In this document: positions 19,056 to 28,564 of the stretch, piece after piece
Position numbering within the stretch: position 1 is the first letter of the stretch
How the letters are laid out: each line of letters opens with the position of its first letter
Origin: an uncultured Gemmatimonadaceae bacterium
GTDB taxonomy: Bacteria > Gemmatimonadota > Gemmatimonadetes > Gemmatimonadales > Gemmatimonadaceae
Assembly (NCBI GenBank): GCA_963781585.1
Contig: CAWAGQ010000004.1
Coordinates: 128,001-192,000, forward strand
Reading direction: 5' to 3'
Length of the DNA stretch: 64,000 bases
The notes under the pieces: generated by a model
Seen by the model: the letters and a program-made list of their open reading frames with translations, nothing else
What the model was told of the DNA's origin: nothing
Databases searched by the model: none
Translations under genes and position numbers: made by a program

Positions 19056-20392
19056 CGCCCCGGCTGCCTGACGAGCGTTGGTGGAGGTCCAGCCGCATCG
19101 CCGCGACGGTGATCACCGCGATTCTGTTCGGCGCGACGATGGCGGCTACCGCGCGTCCGCCCGAGCCGTCCCGGGCCGCCGAGCGTGACGCGACGGGTCG
19201 GAATCGCGCCGATCCGGACTCCGCCGGCGACAGCCTCTCGGTCTATCTGCTCACCGTCGGCCAGGGCGACGCCGTCTGGGAGCGCTTCGGACACAACGCC
19301 ATCGGCGTACGCGACCGGCGTACCAACAGCGACGTCCTGTACAACTGGGGCCTGTTCGACTTCGGGCAGCCCGATTTCATCGCCCGGTTCGTGCACGGCG
19401 ACATGCGGTACTGGATGGCCGGCTCTCCGGCCGCCGTGGACATCCCGTTCTACGAGCACGAGAACCGTGACATCACCATTCAGGAACTGAACCTCACGCC
19501 AGCACAGCGGCACGCGGTCCTCGCGTTCGTGCTATGGAATTCCCGTGAGGAGAACAAGTATTACCGGTACGACTACTTTCGCGACAACTGTTCCACCCGC
19601 GTTCGCGACGCGCTCGATCGGGTGCTGAATGGCGCACTCCGTGCCGCGACATCGTCCGAGATTACCACCCAGTCGTACCGCGACCATGCGCTGCGACTCA
19701 TGACCGGGGAGAAGCTGGTGGCGACGGGCATCGACATCGGGCTCGGCCGTCCGGCCGACCGTCCGATCTCGGTGTGGGATGAGATGTTCATCCCCATGCG
19801 CATGCGAGATCGCCTCCGCAGCATCCAGGTCACGGACGCGGATGGGCGCGCACTTCCATTGGTCGCTTCGGAGCGTGCGGTGTGGCGATCCGGGCGCACG
19901 CCGGAAGCGCACACGCCGCCGCGTCGCGCTCCCGCGTTCCTGCTGATCGGTACGGCGGTCGCGGCACTCCTCCTGCTGGCCGCGGGCGTGGTCGGTCCCC
20001 GCGCCACGCCGCGTGCCGGTGTGGCGCGCGCGCTCACCACCATCTGGTCTCTGCTGGTCGGAACGATCGGCGTGCTCCTGCTCTATCTGCGGTTCGGCAC
20101 CGCGCACGTCTTCGCGTACCACAATCTGAATCTTCTCCAGTACAACCCGCTGTGGTGCCTGGTGGGGCTGCTGCTCCCGTTTGCGCGGCGAGGGGCGCGA
20201 CTCGCGCGCCTCACCGTCGACATCGGGCTGTTGGGCGGCCTCCTGACCGCGGCGGCCATGGTGCTGTCGGGGCTTCCGTCGCTGCGTCAGGACAACCTCG
20301 CCGTCGTACTGCTCGCGGCGCCGGTCAATATCGCCGTCGCAGTAGTGACCTGGCGCGTTCTGTCGCTCCCCGGTGCGGATCGAGCCCGATAA
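19052..20392 (+). CDS. DUF4105 (Lnb-like) membrane protein, possible lipoprotein N-acyltransferase
   Basis: FGHNAI, YNWGLFDF, Y.YDYFRDNCSTR, then about 4 C-terminal TM helices. Confidence 0.8.
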   Translation: MTPRLPDERWWRSSRIAATVITAILFGATMAATARPPEPSRAAERDATGRNRADPDSAGDSLSVYLLTVGQGDAVWERFGHNAIGVRDRRTNSDVLYNWGLFDFGQPDFIARFVHGDMRYWMAGSPAAVDIPFYEHENRDITIQELNLTPAQRHAVLAFVLWNSREENKYYRYDYFRDNCSTRVRDALDRVLNGALRAATSSEITTQSYRDHALRLMTGEKLVATGIDIGLGRPADRPISVWDEMFIPMRMRDRLRSIQVTDADGRALPLVASERAVWRSGRTPEAHTPPRRAPAFLLIGTAVAALLLLAAGVVGPRATPRAGVARALTTIWSLLVGTIGVLLLYLRFGTAHVFAYHNLNLLQYNPLWCLVGLLLPFARRGARLARLTVDIGLLGGLLTAAAMVLSGLPSLRQDNLAVVLLAAPVNIAVAVVTWRVLSLPGADRAR

Positions 20393-22308
20393 TGGCCCTC
20401 TCGATCGGCATCGACGTGGGCGGCACGTTCACCGATCTGGTCAGCGTTGCCGACGACGGCGAAGTGGAGACCGGAAAGGTCCTGAGCACACCGGAGGACC
20501 AGAGTCAGGGCGTGGAGCGCGCGATGCGCGCCTTCGGCGCGGGGCCGGACGCGGTGGGCCGTATCGTGCACGGCACCACGGTGGTGACCAACATGCTGCT
20601 CGAACGCTCCGGGTCCCGGGTGGTGCTGTGCGCGACCGCAGCCGCCGCGGATCTGCTGGAGCTCCGCCGTCAGGAGCGCGCGTCGCTGTACGATCTGTCC
20701 GTGCATCATCCGGAGCCGCTGGTGCCGCGGGAGCGGGTGCTCGGCGTGACCGAGCGCCGCGAGCCGCAGGGCATTCGTGTTCGGCTCACGCAGGAGGAGG
20801 CCGACGACGTCGCCGAGCGAGCGGCGCGATTGGACCCCGAAGTGGTTGCGGTCTCCCTGCTCCACGCCTACCTCGACGATACCCACGAGCGTATGCTGGC
20901 CGGGGCAATCCGCCGGCGCGTCCCCGGCATCGATGTCGTGTGTTCGAGTGACGTGCTGCCGGAAATCCGGGAATACGAGCGGACGACCACGACCTGCTGC
21001 GAGGCCTATACGCGTCCTGGCGTCGGGCGGTATCTGGAGCGACTCGCCGACCGGTTGACGGGTCTCGGGTTGCCGGTCCCGGGGGTGATCGCGTCGAGCG
21101 GAGGAATGAGTACGGCGCGCGATGCCGCGCGTGCGGCGGCATCCCTGGCCCTGTCGGGTCCCGCGGGCGGAGTGGCGGGGGCGGCGCTGGTCGCCCGGAT
21201 GGCGGGGTTCGATCGCGCACTGAGCATCGACATTGGTGGCACGAGTGCCGATGCGGGGCTGGTACTCGATGGTGAGCCGCTGGTGGAGGCCGGAGGCCAG
21301 GTGGCGGGCGTGCCGATCGCCCTGCCGCGGGTGCTCGTGGAGACGGTGTCGGCTGGCGGAGGGAGCATCGGGTGGCTGGACGACGGCGGAGCGTTGCGGG
21401 TCGGTCCGCGCAGCGCCGGGGCAGTGCCGGGACCGGTGGCGTTTGCCCGCGGCGGCTCGCATCCCACCGTCACCGACGCTCACGTCGCGTTAGGCAATAT
21501 CCGGGCCGAACACATGAGCGACGAGGTGCGTCTGGACGCCGCGGCGGCGCGCACGGCGGTGAGCGCGCTGGCCCGGCGTCTGGGGGCCGACCCGGCACGG
21601 ACGGCCGAAGCGATGATCGCGGCGGCCGATGCCGCGGTGGCCCGCGCGCTCCGGCGGGTGAGCGTGGAGCGCGGCATCGACCCGCGGACCTGTGTGCTGG
21701 TGGCGTTCGGGGGTGGCGGTCCCCTGCACGCCTGTGGTCTGGCCGACCGCCTCGGCATGCGGCGTATTCTGGTGCCGCCCTGTGCCGGCGTCCTCAGCGC
21801 CCTCGGCCTGGCCGTGGCACCGGAGCGGCGCGTGGTTCTGGCCAGTGTCATGCGCTGCGTGGACGAGCTGGAGCCCGGCGCGCTCGGCCGCCTGTCCGCC
21901 GAGATGGCCGGCCGGGCCGGGACGGCGCCGAACGTGACGTGGATCGCGCGGGCGAGGTATCGCGGCCAGGGACACGAATTGGAGGTGCCGTTCGAGCCGG
22001 CTGAGTCGCCCGGGCGACTGGGGGAACGATTCGCCGCGATGCACCAGACGCGGTACGGATTCACGCTGCACCTTCCGGTGGAGGTCGTCAGCGCCCGCTG
22101 TGCCCGGTCGGGATCCTCCGTGAGCGCGGCGCTCTCCCGACGCGGACCATCGCGGTGGGCCGACGATCGCGCCACCGACGACGGCGGAGAACTCGACGCC
22201 GTGGTGGTCGGCCCGTGCGTCGTTGCGCTCCGCGACGCGACCATGCTCGTGGCTCCCGAGTGGACAGCGCGATCGCTGCCCATCGGCGGGTGGATGATGG
22301 AGCGATGA
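20392..22308 (+). CDS. Hydantoinase/oxoprolinase subunit A
   Basis: IGIDVGGTFTD, HGTTVVTN, EIREYER, SGPAGG, DIGGTSAD, SAGAVPGP, FGGGGPLH. Confidence 0.93.
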   Translation: MALSIGIDVGGTFTDLVSVADDGEVETGKVLSTPEDQSQGVERAMRAFGAGPDAVGRIVHGTTVVTNMLLERSGSRVVLCATAAAADLLELRRQERASLYDLSVHHPEPLVPRERVLGVTERREPQGIRVRLTQEEADDVAERAARLDPEVVAVSLLHAYLDDTHERMLAGAIRRRVPGIDVVCSSDVLPEIREYERTTTTCCEAYTRPGVGRYLERLADRLTGLGLPVPGVIASSGGMSTARDAARAAASLALSGPAGGVAGAALVARMAGFDRALSIDIGGTSADAGLVLDGEPLVEAGGQVAGVPIALPRVLVETVSAGGGSIGWLDDGGALRVGPRSAGAVPGPVAFARGGSHPTVTDAHVALGNIRAEHMSDEVRLDAAAARTAVSALARRLGADPARTAEAMIAAADAAVARALRRVSVERGIDPRTCVLVAFGGGGPLHACGLADRLGMRRILVPPCAGVLSALGLAVAPERRVVLASVMRCVDELEPGALGRLSAEMAGRAGTAPNVTWIARARYRGQGHELEVPFEPAESPGRLGERFAAMHQTRYGFTLHLPVEVVSARCARSGSSVSAALSRRGPSRWADDRATDDGGELDAVVVGPCVVALRDATMLVAPEWTARSLPIGGWMMER

Positions 22309-22350
22309 AATCAGTTTTCATGCATCAGTTGTCTTTGACCCGCCTTCGTC

Positions 22351-23919
22351 ATGAGCACTGAGATCCAGCACCCGCTCCCTTTCGACCCTCTGTCGCTCAC
22401 CGTGATGTCGCATGCGGTGGCGATGGTCGCCGAGGAAATGGGAACGGTGCTGGAACGCGGTGCCCTGTCGCCGAACATCCGCGAGCGCCGCGACGCGTCG
22501 GCGGCGCTCTTCGATGCCGGCGGAAGAATGGTCGCCCAGGCCGCCCACATCCCCGTGCACCTGGGGGCGATGCCGGAGTCCGTGCGCGCCGTGCGCGAGC
22601 GCCGGCCGCGCGTGGGCGACGTGTTCCTGCTCAACGACCCATATCGCGGGGGATCGCATCTGCCCGATCTCACGATGGTCGAAGCCATCGGGCTCGGTGA
22701 GCGCATTGTTGGCTTCTCGGCCGTACGTGCCCATCACGCGGACGTGGGGGGCATGAGCCCCGGCAGCATGCCGCGCGGCGCGACCGAACTGGTGCAGGAG
22801 GGAATTGTCGTCCCGCCGGTGCGCATCGCCCGCGGCGACGCGTTCGACGAGGAGATGCTGGAATTCATCCTTGCGAACGTCCGTACACCCGAGGAGCGAC
22901 GCGGCGATCTCAAGGCGCAGCGGGCCGCGTGCGCGGCGGGACGGGATGGCTGGCTCGCGCTGCTCGCCCGTGAAGGCGAGGACCACGTGGTCGCGGCCTG
23001 CGACGCCCTGCTGGACTACACCGAGCGGCGGGCGCGGGCACGAATCAATCAGCTGCAGGGCGCCCGCGGCTCGGCGCGCGACGCGCTGGAAGGGGATGGT
23101 GTGACAGACGACCCGGTGGTTGTAGCCGTGCGTCTCGAGGCGATGTCGGACGATCGGCTGCGCCTCGACTTCACCGGAACCTCCGCGATGGTGCGGGGCA
23201 ACGTGAACTGCCCGTTCGCCGTGACTCGTGCGGCGAGCGTCTTCGTCCTGCGTACCCTGCTCGACGACGACGTACCGACCAACGACGGGATTGCGCGGGC
23301 CCTCGACCTGGTGGTTCCGGAAGGCAGCGTGATCAACGCGCGGTGGCCGGCGGCGGTGGCCGCCGGGAACGTCGAAACTTCGCAGCGGATTACGGACACC
23401 CTGTTCGCCGCCCTGGCGGACGCGGGGGTCCCCGTCCCGGCGCAGGGGCAGGGAACGATGAACAACATCACGTTCGGGGGCGACGGCTGGACGTTCTACG
23501 AAACGTTAGGCGGAGGGCAGGGCGGCGGTCCCCGTGGCGACGGACCGAGCGCCGTGCACGTGGGCATGAGCAACACGCGCAACACACCCATCGAATCGCT
23601 CGAGCAGACGTATCCGCTGCGCATCGACGAATACGCCGTGCGCCGCGATTCGGGTGGCGCCGGACGGCATCGCGGGGGTGACGGCGTGATCCGCCGGTAC
23701 CGGGTCCTGGAACGGTGCACGGTGACCCTGCTCACCGAGCGCCGGCGGCTGCAACCCGCGGGCGTGGCTGGTGGCTCCAGCGGCGCCGCCGGTGCAAATC
23801 TGCTGAACGGGGCACCTCTCCCCGCCAAATGCCGGGTGGAGCTCGCTCCCGGCGACGTCGTCACCATCATGACGCCTGGTGGCGGAGGATGGGGCGCCCC
23901 CGGCGGTCGAGACCAGTAG
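22351..23919 (+). CDS. Hydantoinase B/oxoprolinase subunit
   Basis: SPNIRERRD, HIPVHLG, NDPYRGGSHLPD, HHADVGG, GTMNN, TPGGGGWG. Confidence 0.93.
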   Translation: MSTEIQHPLPFDPLSLTVMSHAVAMVAEEMGTVLERGALSPNIRERRDASAALFDAGGRMVAQAAHIPVHLGAMPESVRAVRERRPRVGDVFLLNDPYRGGSHLPDLTMVEAIGLGERIVGFSAVRAHHADVGGMSPGSMPRGATELVQEGIVVPPVRIARGDAFDEEMLEFILANVRTPEERRGDLKAQRAACAAGRDGWLALLAREGEDHVVAACDALLDYTERRARARINQLQGARGSARDALEGDGVTDDPVVVAVRLEAMSDDRLRLDFTGTSAMVRGNVNCPFAVTRAASVFVLRTLLDDDVPTNDGIARALDLVVPEGSVINARWPAAVAAGNVETSQRITDTLFAALADAGVPVPAQGQGTMNNITFGGDGWTFYETLGGGQGGGPRGDGPSAVHVGMSNTRNTPIESLEQTYPLRIDEYAVRRDSGGAGRHRGGDGVIRRYRVLERCTVTLLTERRRLQPAGVAGGSSGAAGANLLNGAPLPAKCRVELAPGDVVTIMTPGGGGWGAPGGRDQ

Positions 23920-23937
23920 CAGAGCCGCGTCGTGTCG

Positions 23938-25001
23938 CTACTGCTGCTTGTTCTGTTTGCGGGCGGCTCGGGCCCCGGTCACGACATACCTCGTCTTTCC
24001 GTCCGATCCGGTGACCACTGTTCACCGCGCCACGAGCCCGTCTCGAGCCCGAATCCGTAGCGCACCGGCGCAGCTGACGTGTCGCCGGCAACCGGCACGA
24101 GGGGCGTGAGCCAGGTGCGAACGACCCCTTCGGGGAGGGCCTGGCGCCCGTCCAGCCGTCCGTCGTTCATCATGGCCATGGCGAGTCGAGCGAAATCGAG
24201 TGCACTGGTGAACGCCGAACCCGCGGGCCAGTACCGCGAGTCGTCAGGCGCCGGGCGGACGACATGCGGCGCGCCGTCGCGGTCGCGCTGGTGTCCCTGC
24301 GACAGGGGCCATGTCATCGCCTCGATAGGCCGGATGGTGGAGCGGGCCATGCCGAGTGGCGCGAAGACCTCGTCGTGCATCACATCGGCGTACGGCTTTC
24401 CCGTCGCCACGCTCAGGACGTAGCCGGCCACTACGTAACCGAGGTTGGAGTAGGAGTAGATGTCTCCCGGTTGCGTGAAGAATACGGTGTCGGTGAGCGT
24501 GGGAATGAACGCGTTCATCGCGTCGTCGTCGTGCGGTCCCGACATCGATGTGTAGTCGAGGAGCCCCGCGCTGTGCGACAGGAGCTGCCGCAGCGTCACC
24601 GCTTTCAGTCTCGGAGACGCAAGATCGGGCGCATACGTGCCGATGGGGCGATCGAGGTCGACCGTGCCACGCGCAGCCAGCGAGATCGCGGCCAGCGAGG
24701 TCATCATCTTGGTCGTCGAGCCGAGACGAAACAGGAAATCCGGCCCGACCGGCTGTCGCGTGTCCACGCTGGCAACCCCGTATCCCCTGGCGTACACGAC
24801 CTGGTCTCCCTGAACGATCACGAGCGCCGATCCGGGGGTGTGGCTCGCAGCGAGTTCCGCGGTGGCCACGGAGTCGATGCGACGAGCGGTGGCCTCCGGA
24901 AGGCTGCCCGCACTCTGGGACCGGAGCGTGCCGGGGAGCGCCAGCGCGGCGAGCACGGGGGCCGCGGCGCGGAGGACGGGAATCAGGCGGAGCGGGGCCA
25001 T
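23938..25001 (-). pseudogene. Beta-lactamase-family serine hydrolase, apparently truncated by an internal deletion
   Basis: Signal peptide, SxxK (STTK), LLSHSAG and YSN are present. The frame ends just after YGFGL, before the expected HxG motif. An out-of-frame tail TVVTGSDGKTRYVVTGARAARKQ follows. Confidence 0.65.
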
Positions 25002-25155
25002 GGCGTTCGTGTCCTAACGAGCAGCAGCTCCCGGGTTCAGCGTACGCCGGGTACAATGCGTCCGGGACGATACGCCGGCAACCATGGTCGGGATGGGGAG
25101 CGCCACCGCCCGCGCTGCCGGAAAGCAACGGTCGTGCGGCCGGGCTCCCCCGCGG

Positions 25156-26022
25156 TCAGACGGGGATTTCCAGGCCTTCGGCGGCCGCGACGACCACCAC
25201 CGAGCCGCTCCGTTCGCGCACCATCTGCCGGCAGAGCGCCAGCTGGCCCTGCAGCGATTCGTCGGTGCGCTCCGGATCGTGGTGAAAAAGCACGAGTGTC
25301 TCCACCTCGGCGGCGATCGCGAAGTCGACTGCGTCGCGATACGAGGAGTGGCCCCACCCCTGATGGTCCATGTATTCGGTTCCTGTGTACATCGCGTCGT
25401 GGATCAACACTCGGGCGTGGCGTGCGAAATCGACCAGAGCATCTCGCGTCGAGGCGTCGGCGGCGGTGTCGCCGAAGCGATCCAGCTCGTTGTCCGGGAT
25501 GAAAACAACCGATCGTTCCGGGTCCCCGCTCGGCGCAATGCGGAATCCCAGCGCGCCGCCGGGATGCCGTACGTTCATGGCGCGGATGTCGCAGCCGTTG
25601 CCCTCGAAGCGGTGCTGGGCGAGTTCGAGGAACTCCATCCGCGCGTGCAGCGCCTCGAACGCCACCGGGAAGACCACGGGACTCATCTGCTGTCGCAGCA
25701 CCACCTCCAGACTCTTCAGAAGCGCTGGCGCGCCCCAGAGACGGAAGTGGTTGCCAGTCTGGAATGCCGGAGTGAAGAAGGGAAGGCCCTGGATGTGGTC
25801 CCAGTGGGCGTGACTGAACAGGACGTCGCCGCGAATCGGACCGCCGTTCGCTCCGGCCATCAGGGATCGGCCCAGCTCGCGTATGCCGGTGCCGGCGTCA
25901 AAGATGATCAGCTGGTCATCATCCGTTCGAACCTCGACGCAGGTCGTGTTCCCACCGTAGCGGACGGTGGCCGGGCCCGGCGCGGGACAGGAGCCGCGTG
26001 TTCCCCAGAAGCGCAGACGCAT
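25156..26022 (-). CDS. MBL-fold metallo-hydrolase (phosphodiesterase-like)
   Basis: FWGTRGS...YGGNTTC, DAGTG, SHAHWDHIQG, HPG, WGHS, LFHHDP. Confidence 0.9.
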   Translation of the reverse strand: MRLRFWGTRGSCPAPGPATVRYGGNTTCVEVRTDDDQLIIFDAGTGIRELGRSLMAGANGGPIRGDVLFSHAHWDHIQGLPFFTPAFQTGNHFRLWGAPALLKSLEVVLRQQMSPVVFPVAFEALHARMEFLELAQHRFEGNGCDIRAMNVRHPGGALGFRIAPSGDPERSVVFIPDNELDRFGDTAADASTRDALVDFARHARVLIHDAMYTGTEYMDHQGWGHSSYRDAVDFAIAAEVETLVLFHHDPERTDESLQGQLALCRQMVRERSGSVVVVAAAEGLEIPV

Positions 26023-26130
26023 GGGCGAGTGCCTAGCGAGTGGACGGCCCGAAGGGGCGAAGCGACGAACGGAGAGGGGAGGACAGCGGCCGGGCGACGC
26101 TCAGCGACGCGCCTGCAGCGTCCGTCCTCG

Positions 26131-26805
26131 TCACACCCGCGCCTGCGCGAGCTGTCGCAATGCGGGTCGATTCGCGACCGAGATACGGCGTCGCTCCACG
26201 CGGATGAAGCCCTGATTCTGGAAGTCGCGAATGGTGCGCGAAACGGTCTCGCGACTGGCCCCGATCATGTGGGCGATCGTCTGGTGCGTCAGCGGCTTCT
26301 CGATCGTCTCGGCCTGGCCTTCCTGTGCAAAGTCGAGGAGGAGGCGTGCGATGCGTCCGGGGACGTCGAGGAGCGCCAGTCCGTGGATCTTTGCGTCGGC
26401 GCGGCGCAGGCGGTGCGCCAGCTCCACCATCAGGGCCCAGGCGACTGCGGCATTCGACTCGACTCGGCGCCGGAAGTCGTCCCGCCGGAGCACCAGGAGG
26501 CTGGTCTCTTCCATCGCGATCACGTGGGCGGACCGGGGCTGATCGTCGATCAGCGACAGCTCCCCGAAGTGCTCGCCGACGCCGAGTACGCCGAGGATGA
26601 CCTCGCGGCCATCCTCGCCGATGAGGACAACCTTGACCCGCCCCAACCGGACCACGAAGAGCGAGTCGCCCGGATCGTCCTCGAACACGATGACGCTGCC
26701 CTTCGGATAGTTCTTCTCGCGGGTGAGTTCGGCGAACCGCGTGAGCTCGCCATCGTCGAGGCGGGAGAAGAGCGGGACGGTTCGCAGGAAGCTGGCTGTT
26801 TCCAT
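26131..26805 (-). CDS. Crp/Fnr family transcriptional regulator (CRP-like)
   Basis: cNMP pocket FGELSL...PRSA and HTH IGASRETVSR. Confidence 0.93.
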   Translation of the reverse strand: METASFLRTVPLFSRLDDGELTRFAELTREKNYPKGSVIVFEDDPGDSLFVVRLGRVKVVLIGEDGREVILGVLGVGEHFGELSLIDDQPRSAHVIAMEETSLLVLRRDDFRRRVESNAAVAWALMVELAHRLRRADAKIHGLALLDVPGRIARLLLDFAQEGQAETIEKPLTHQTIAHMIGASRETVSRTIRDFQNQGFIRVERRRISVANRPALRQLAQARV

Positions 26806-26986
26806 TCGACGAGAGGTGGTGCTGGAGGTTGGTATCTCGGGAACGGCAATGCTCACCGCGGAATGGTGAGCTCCCACTTCTGATGACGCCGGCACAGCGC
26901 ACGCGTCACGTTCCGACGGGTCCCACCGGACGCCTGGAAGGCCGTCTCCCGTTGACCGAGGTCGGGTTCGGGGCGACCGCGGCGGC

Positions 26987-27002
26987 TGTGTGGTGGATCA
27001 CC
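26987..27002. promoter_or_regulatory. Putative CRP-binding box upstream of the crp-like gene
   Basis: TGTGT-N6-TCACC, an 8/10 match to TGTGA-N6-TCACA. Confidence 0.4.
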
Positions 27003-27174
27003 AGGGACGGCGAGTGCCCTCGAACGACGGAAAAGGCGCTCCATGCGCGGTGCCATGCTAAGCCGTCGTCGCGCGGAGCGCCAGAGCACTCGGAGCCCCC
27101 AATCCGCTGACGTGGTCTGTCCCGGCGTTCCCGCGAGCGGCCCCTGCGGAACCACTACCCAACTGGTTGAATTC

Positions 27175-27204
27175 TTGTGTGTTAGCGCTTGACTCGGTTA
27201 TACT
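27175..27204 (+). promoter_or_regulatory. Putative sigma-70 promoter of rpmE-prfA-prmC
   Basis: TTGTGT-18 bp-TATACT in an AT-rich patch. GAGG SD precedes the rpmE GTG. Confidence 0.5.
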
Positions 27205-27239
27205 TCTCAGCTGTTCGCTGACATGACAACGAGGTAATT

Positions 27240-27446
27240 GTGAAGCCTGGAATCCATCCGGAATACGCCACCGCTACCGTCAAATGCGCTTGCGGCCATA
27301 CCTGGCAGACACGGTCCACGGTCGGGGAGCTGCATCTCGATATCTGCTCGAATTGCCACCCCTTCTTCACCGGGAAGCAGAAGCTGGTCGACACCGCAGG
27401 TCGCGTTGAGCGCTTCCGCCAGAAGTACGCCGGGAAGAAGTCCTGA
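27240..27446 (+). CDS. rpmE: 50S ribosomal protein L31 (Zn-binding type)
   Basis: [29 protein letters not shown]. Confidence 0.97.
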   Translation: MKPGIHPEYATATVKCACGHTWQTRSTVGELHLDICSNCHPFFTGKQKLVDTAGRVERFRQKYAGKKS

Positions 27447-28564
27447 GCCTCCGCGATCGACTCGCTGAAGAAGTCGCGCGGGCGGCCGAAGTCGAACGTC
27501 AACTCAGCGACCCCGGCACGCATCGTGACGCCAGGCTCCTTGCGTCGCTGGGCCGGGAGCACCAGCGGCTCTCGGGCCTCGTGCTCCTGTCATCGCGACT
27601 CCAGAAGCTCGACACCGAGCTGGCGCAGGCGCGCGAGCTCGCGCACGCGGACGACCCCGAGCTGGCGGCCGAGGCCCGCGCGGAAGTCGATCGCCTCGCC
27701 GAAGAACTGGAGCGGGCCGAGGAGTCGCTGAAGCCGCTGCTCGTCCCGCGCGACCCGCTCGATGATCGCGCGTGCATCATGGAGATCCGCGCCGGTACCG
27801 GCGGTGACGAGGCGGCCCTGTTTGCGGCGGACCTCTTCCGCATGTACACCCGCTACGTCGAACGGCGCGGCTGGCGCACCGACGTGCTGTCCTACTCCGA
27901 AGGATCGTTAGGCGGCATCAAGGAAGTGGTGTTCAAGGTGGACGGCCCCGGGGCGTTCGGCGACATGCGATGGGAATCGGGCGTGCATCGAGTGCAGCGC
28001 GTTCCCCAGACGGAGGCGCAGGGGCGCATCCATACGTCGGCGGCGACCGTGGCCGTCCTTCCCGAGGCCGAAGAGGTGGACATCGAGCTCGAGGACAAGG
28101 ATCTTCGGATCGACGTGTATCGCGCCTCCGGTCCGGGCGGCCAGGGCGTCAACACCACCGATTCGGCGGTACGGATCACGCACCTGCCGACCGGCGAAGT
28201 AGTCACCCAGCAGGATCAGCGCTCGCAGCTGCAGAACAAGGCCCGCGCCCTCGCGGTCCTGCGGTCGCGGTTGCTCGACCGCCGCATCGCCGAGCAGGAG
28301 GCGGAGCGATCGCGCCTCCGCCGCGCCCAGGTGTCCACCGGTGATCGTTCGGCCAAGATCCGGACCTACAACTTTCCGCAGAATCGTGTGACCGATCATC
28401 GGATCAGGTTCGAGTCGCACAACCTCCCGGGTATTCTGGATGGCGGCATCGGCGACCTGATCGAAGCCCTGAAGCTAGCGGACCTGGAGGAACGTCTGAA
28501 CGGGGACGCGGTGGCTGGCGACGACGCGGTGCTCAAACGGCCACGGGGAGGAAAGGGGACGTGA
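27443..28564 (+). CDS. prfA: Peptide chain release factor 1; probable CTG start at 27443
   Basis: [11 protein letters not shown], PxT motif (VPQTE), GGQ. The frame is open 46 codons upstream of the first GTG and encodes an RF1-like N-terminal region. Confidence 0.93.
   Translation: MSLRDRLAEEVARAAEVERQLSDPGTHRDARLLASLGREHQRLSGLVLLSSRLQKLDTELAQARELAHADDPELAAEARAEVDRLAEELERAEESLKPLLVPRDPLDDRACIMEIRAGTGGDEAALFAADLFRMYTRYVERRGWRTDVLSYSEGSLGGIKEVVFKVDGPGAFGDMRWESGVHRVQRVPQTEAQGRIHTSAATVAVLPEAEEVDIELEDKDLRIDVYRASGPGGQGVNTTDSAVRITHLPTGEVVTQQDQRSQLQNKARALAVLRSRLLDRRIAEQEAERSRLRRAQVSTGDRSAKIRTYNFPQNRVTDHRIRFESHNLPGILDGGIGDLIEALKLADLEERLNGDAVAGDDAVLKRPRGGKGT

Noticed and set aside
22309..22350. AT-rich 42-bp spacer with a duplicated ATCAGTT between the oxoprolinase subunits
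   Set aside because: Too short to distinguish from chance, with no inverted repeats or other element hallmarks.
27581..28564. prfA as N-terminally truncated or programmed-frameshifted (prfB-like)
   Set aside because: The missing N-terminal region is present in the same frame, there is no CTTTGA slippery site, and the PxT motif identifies RF1.
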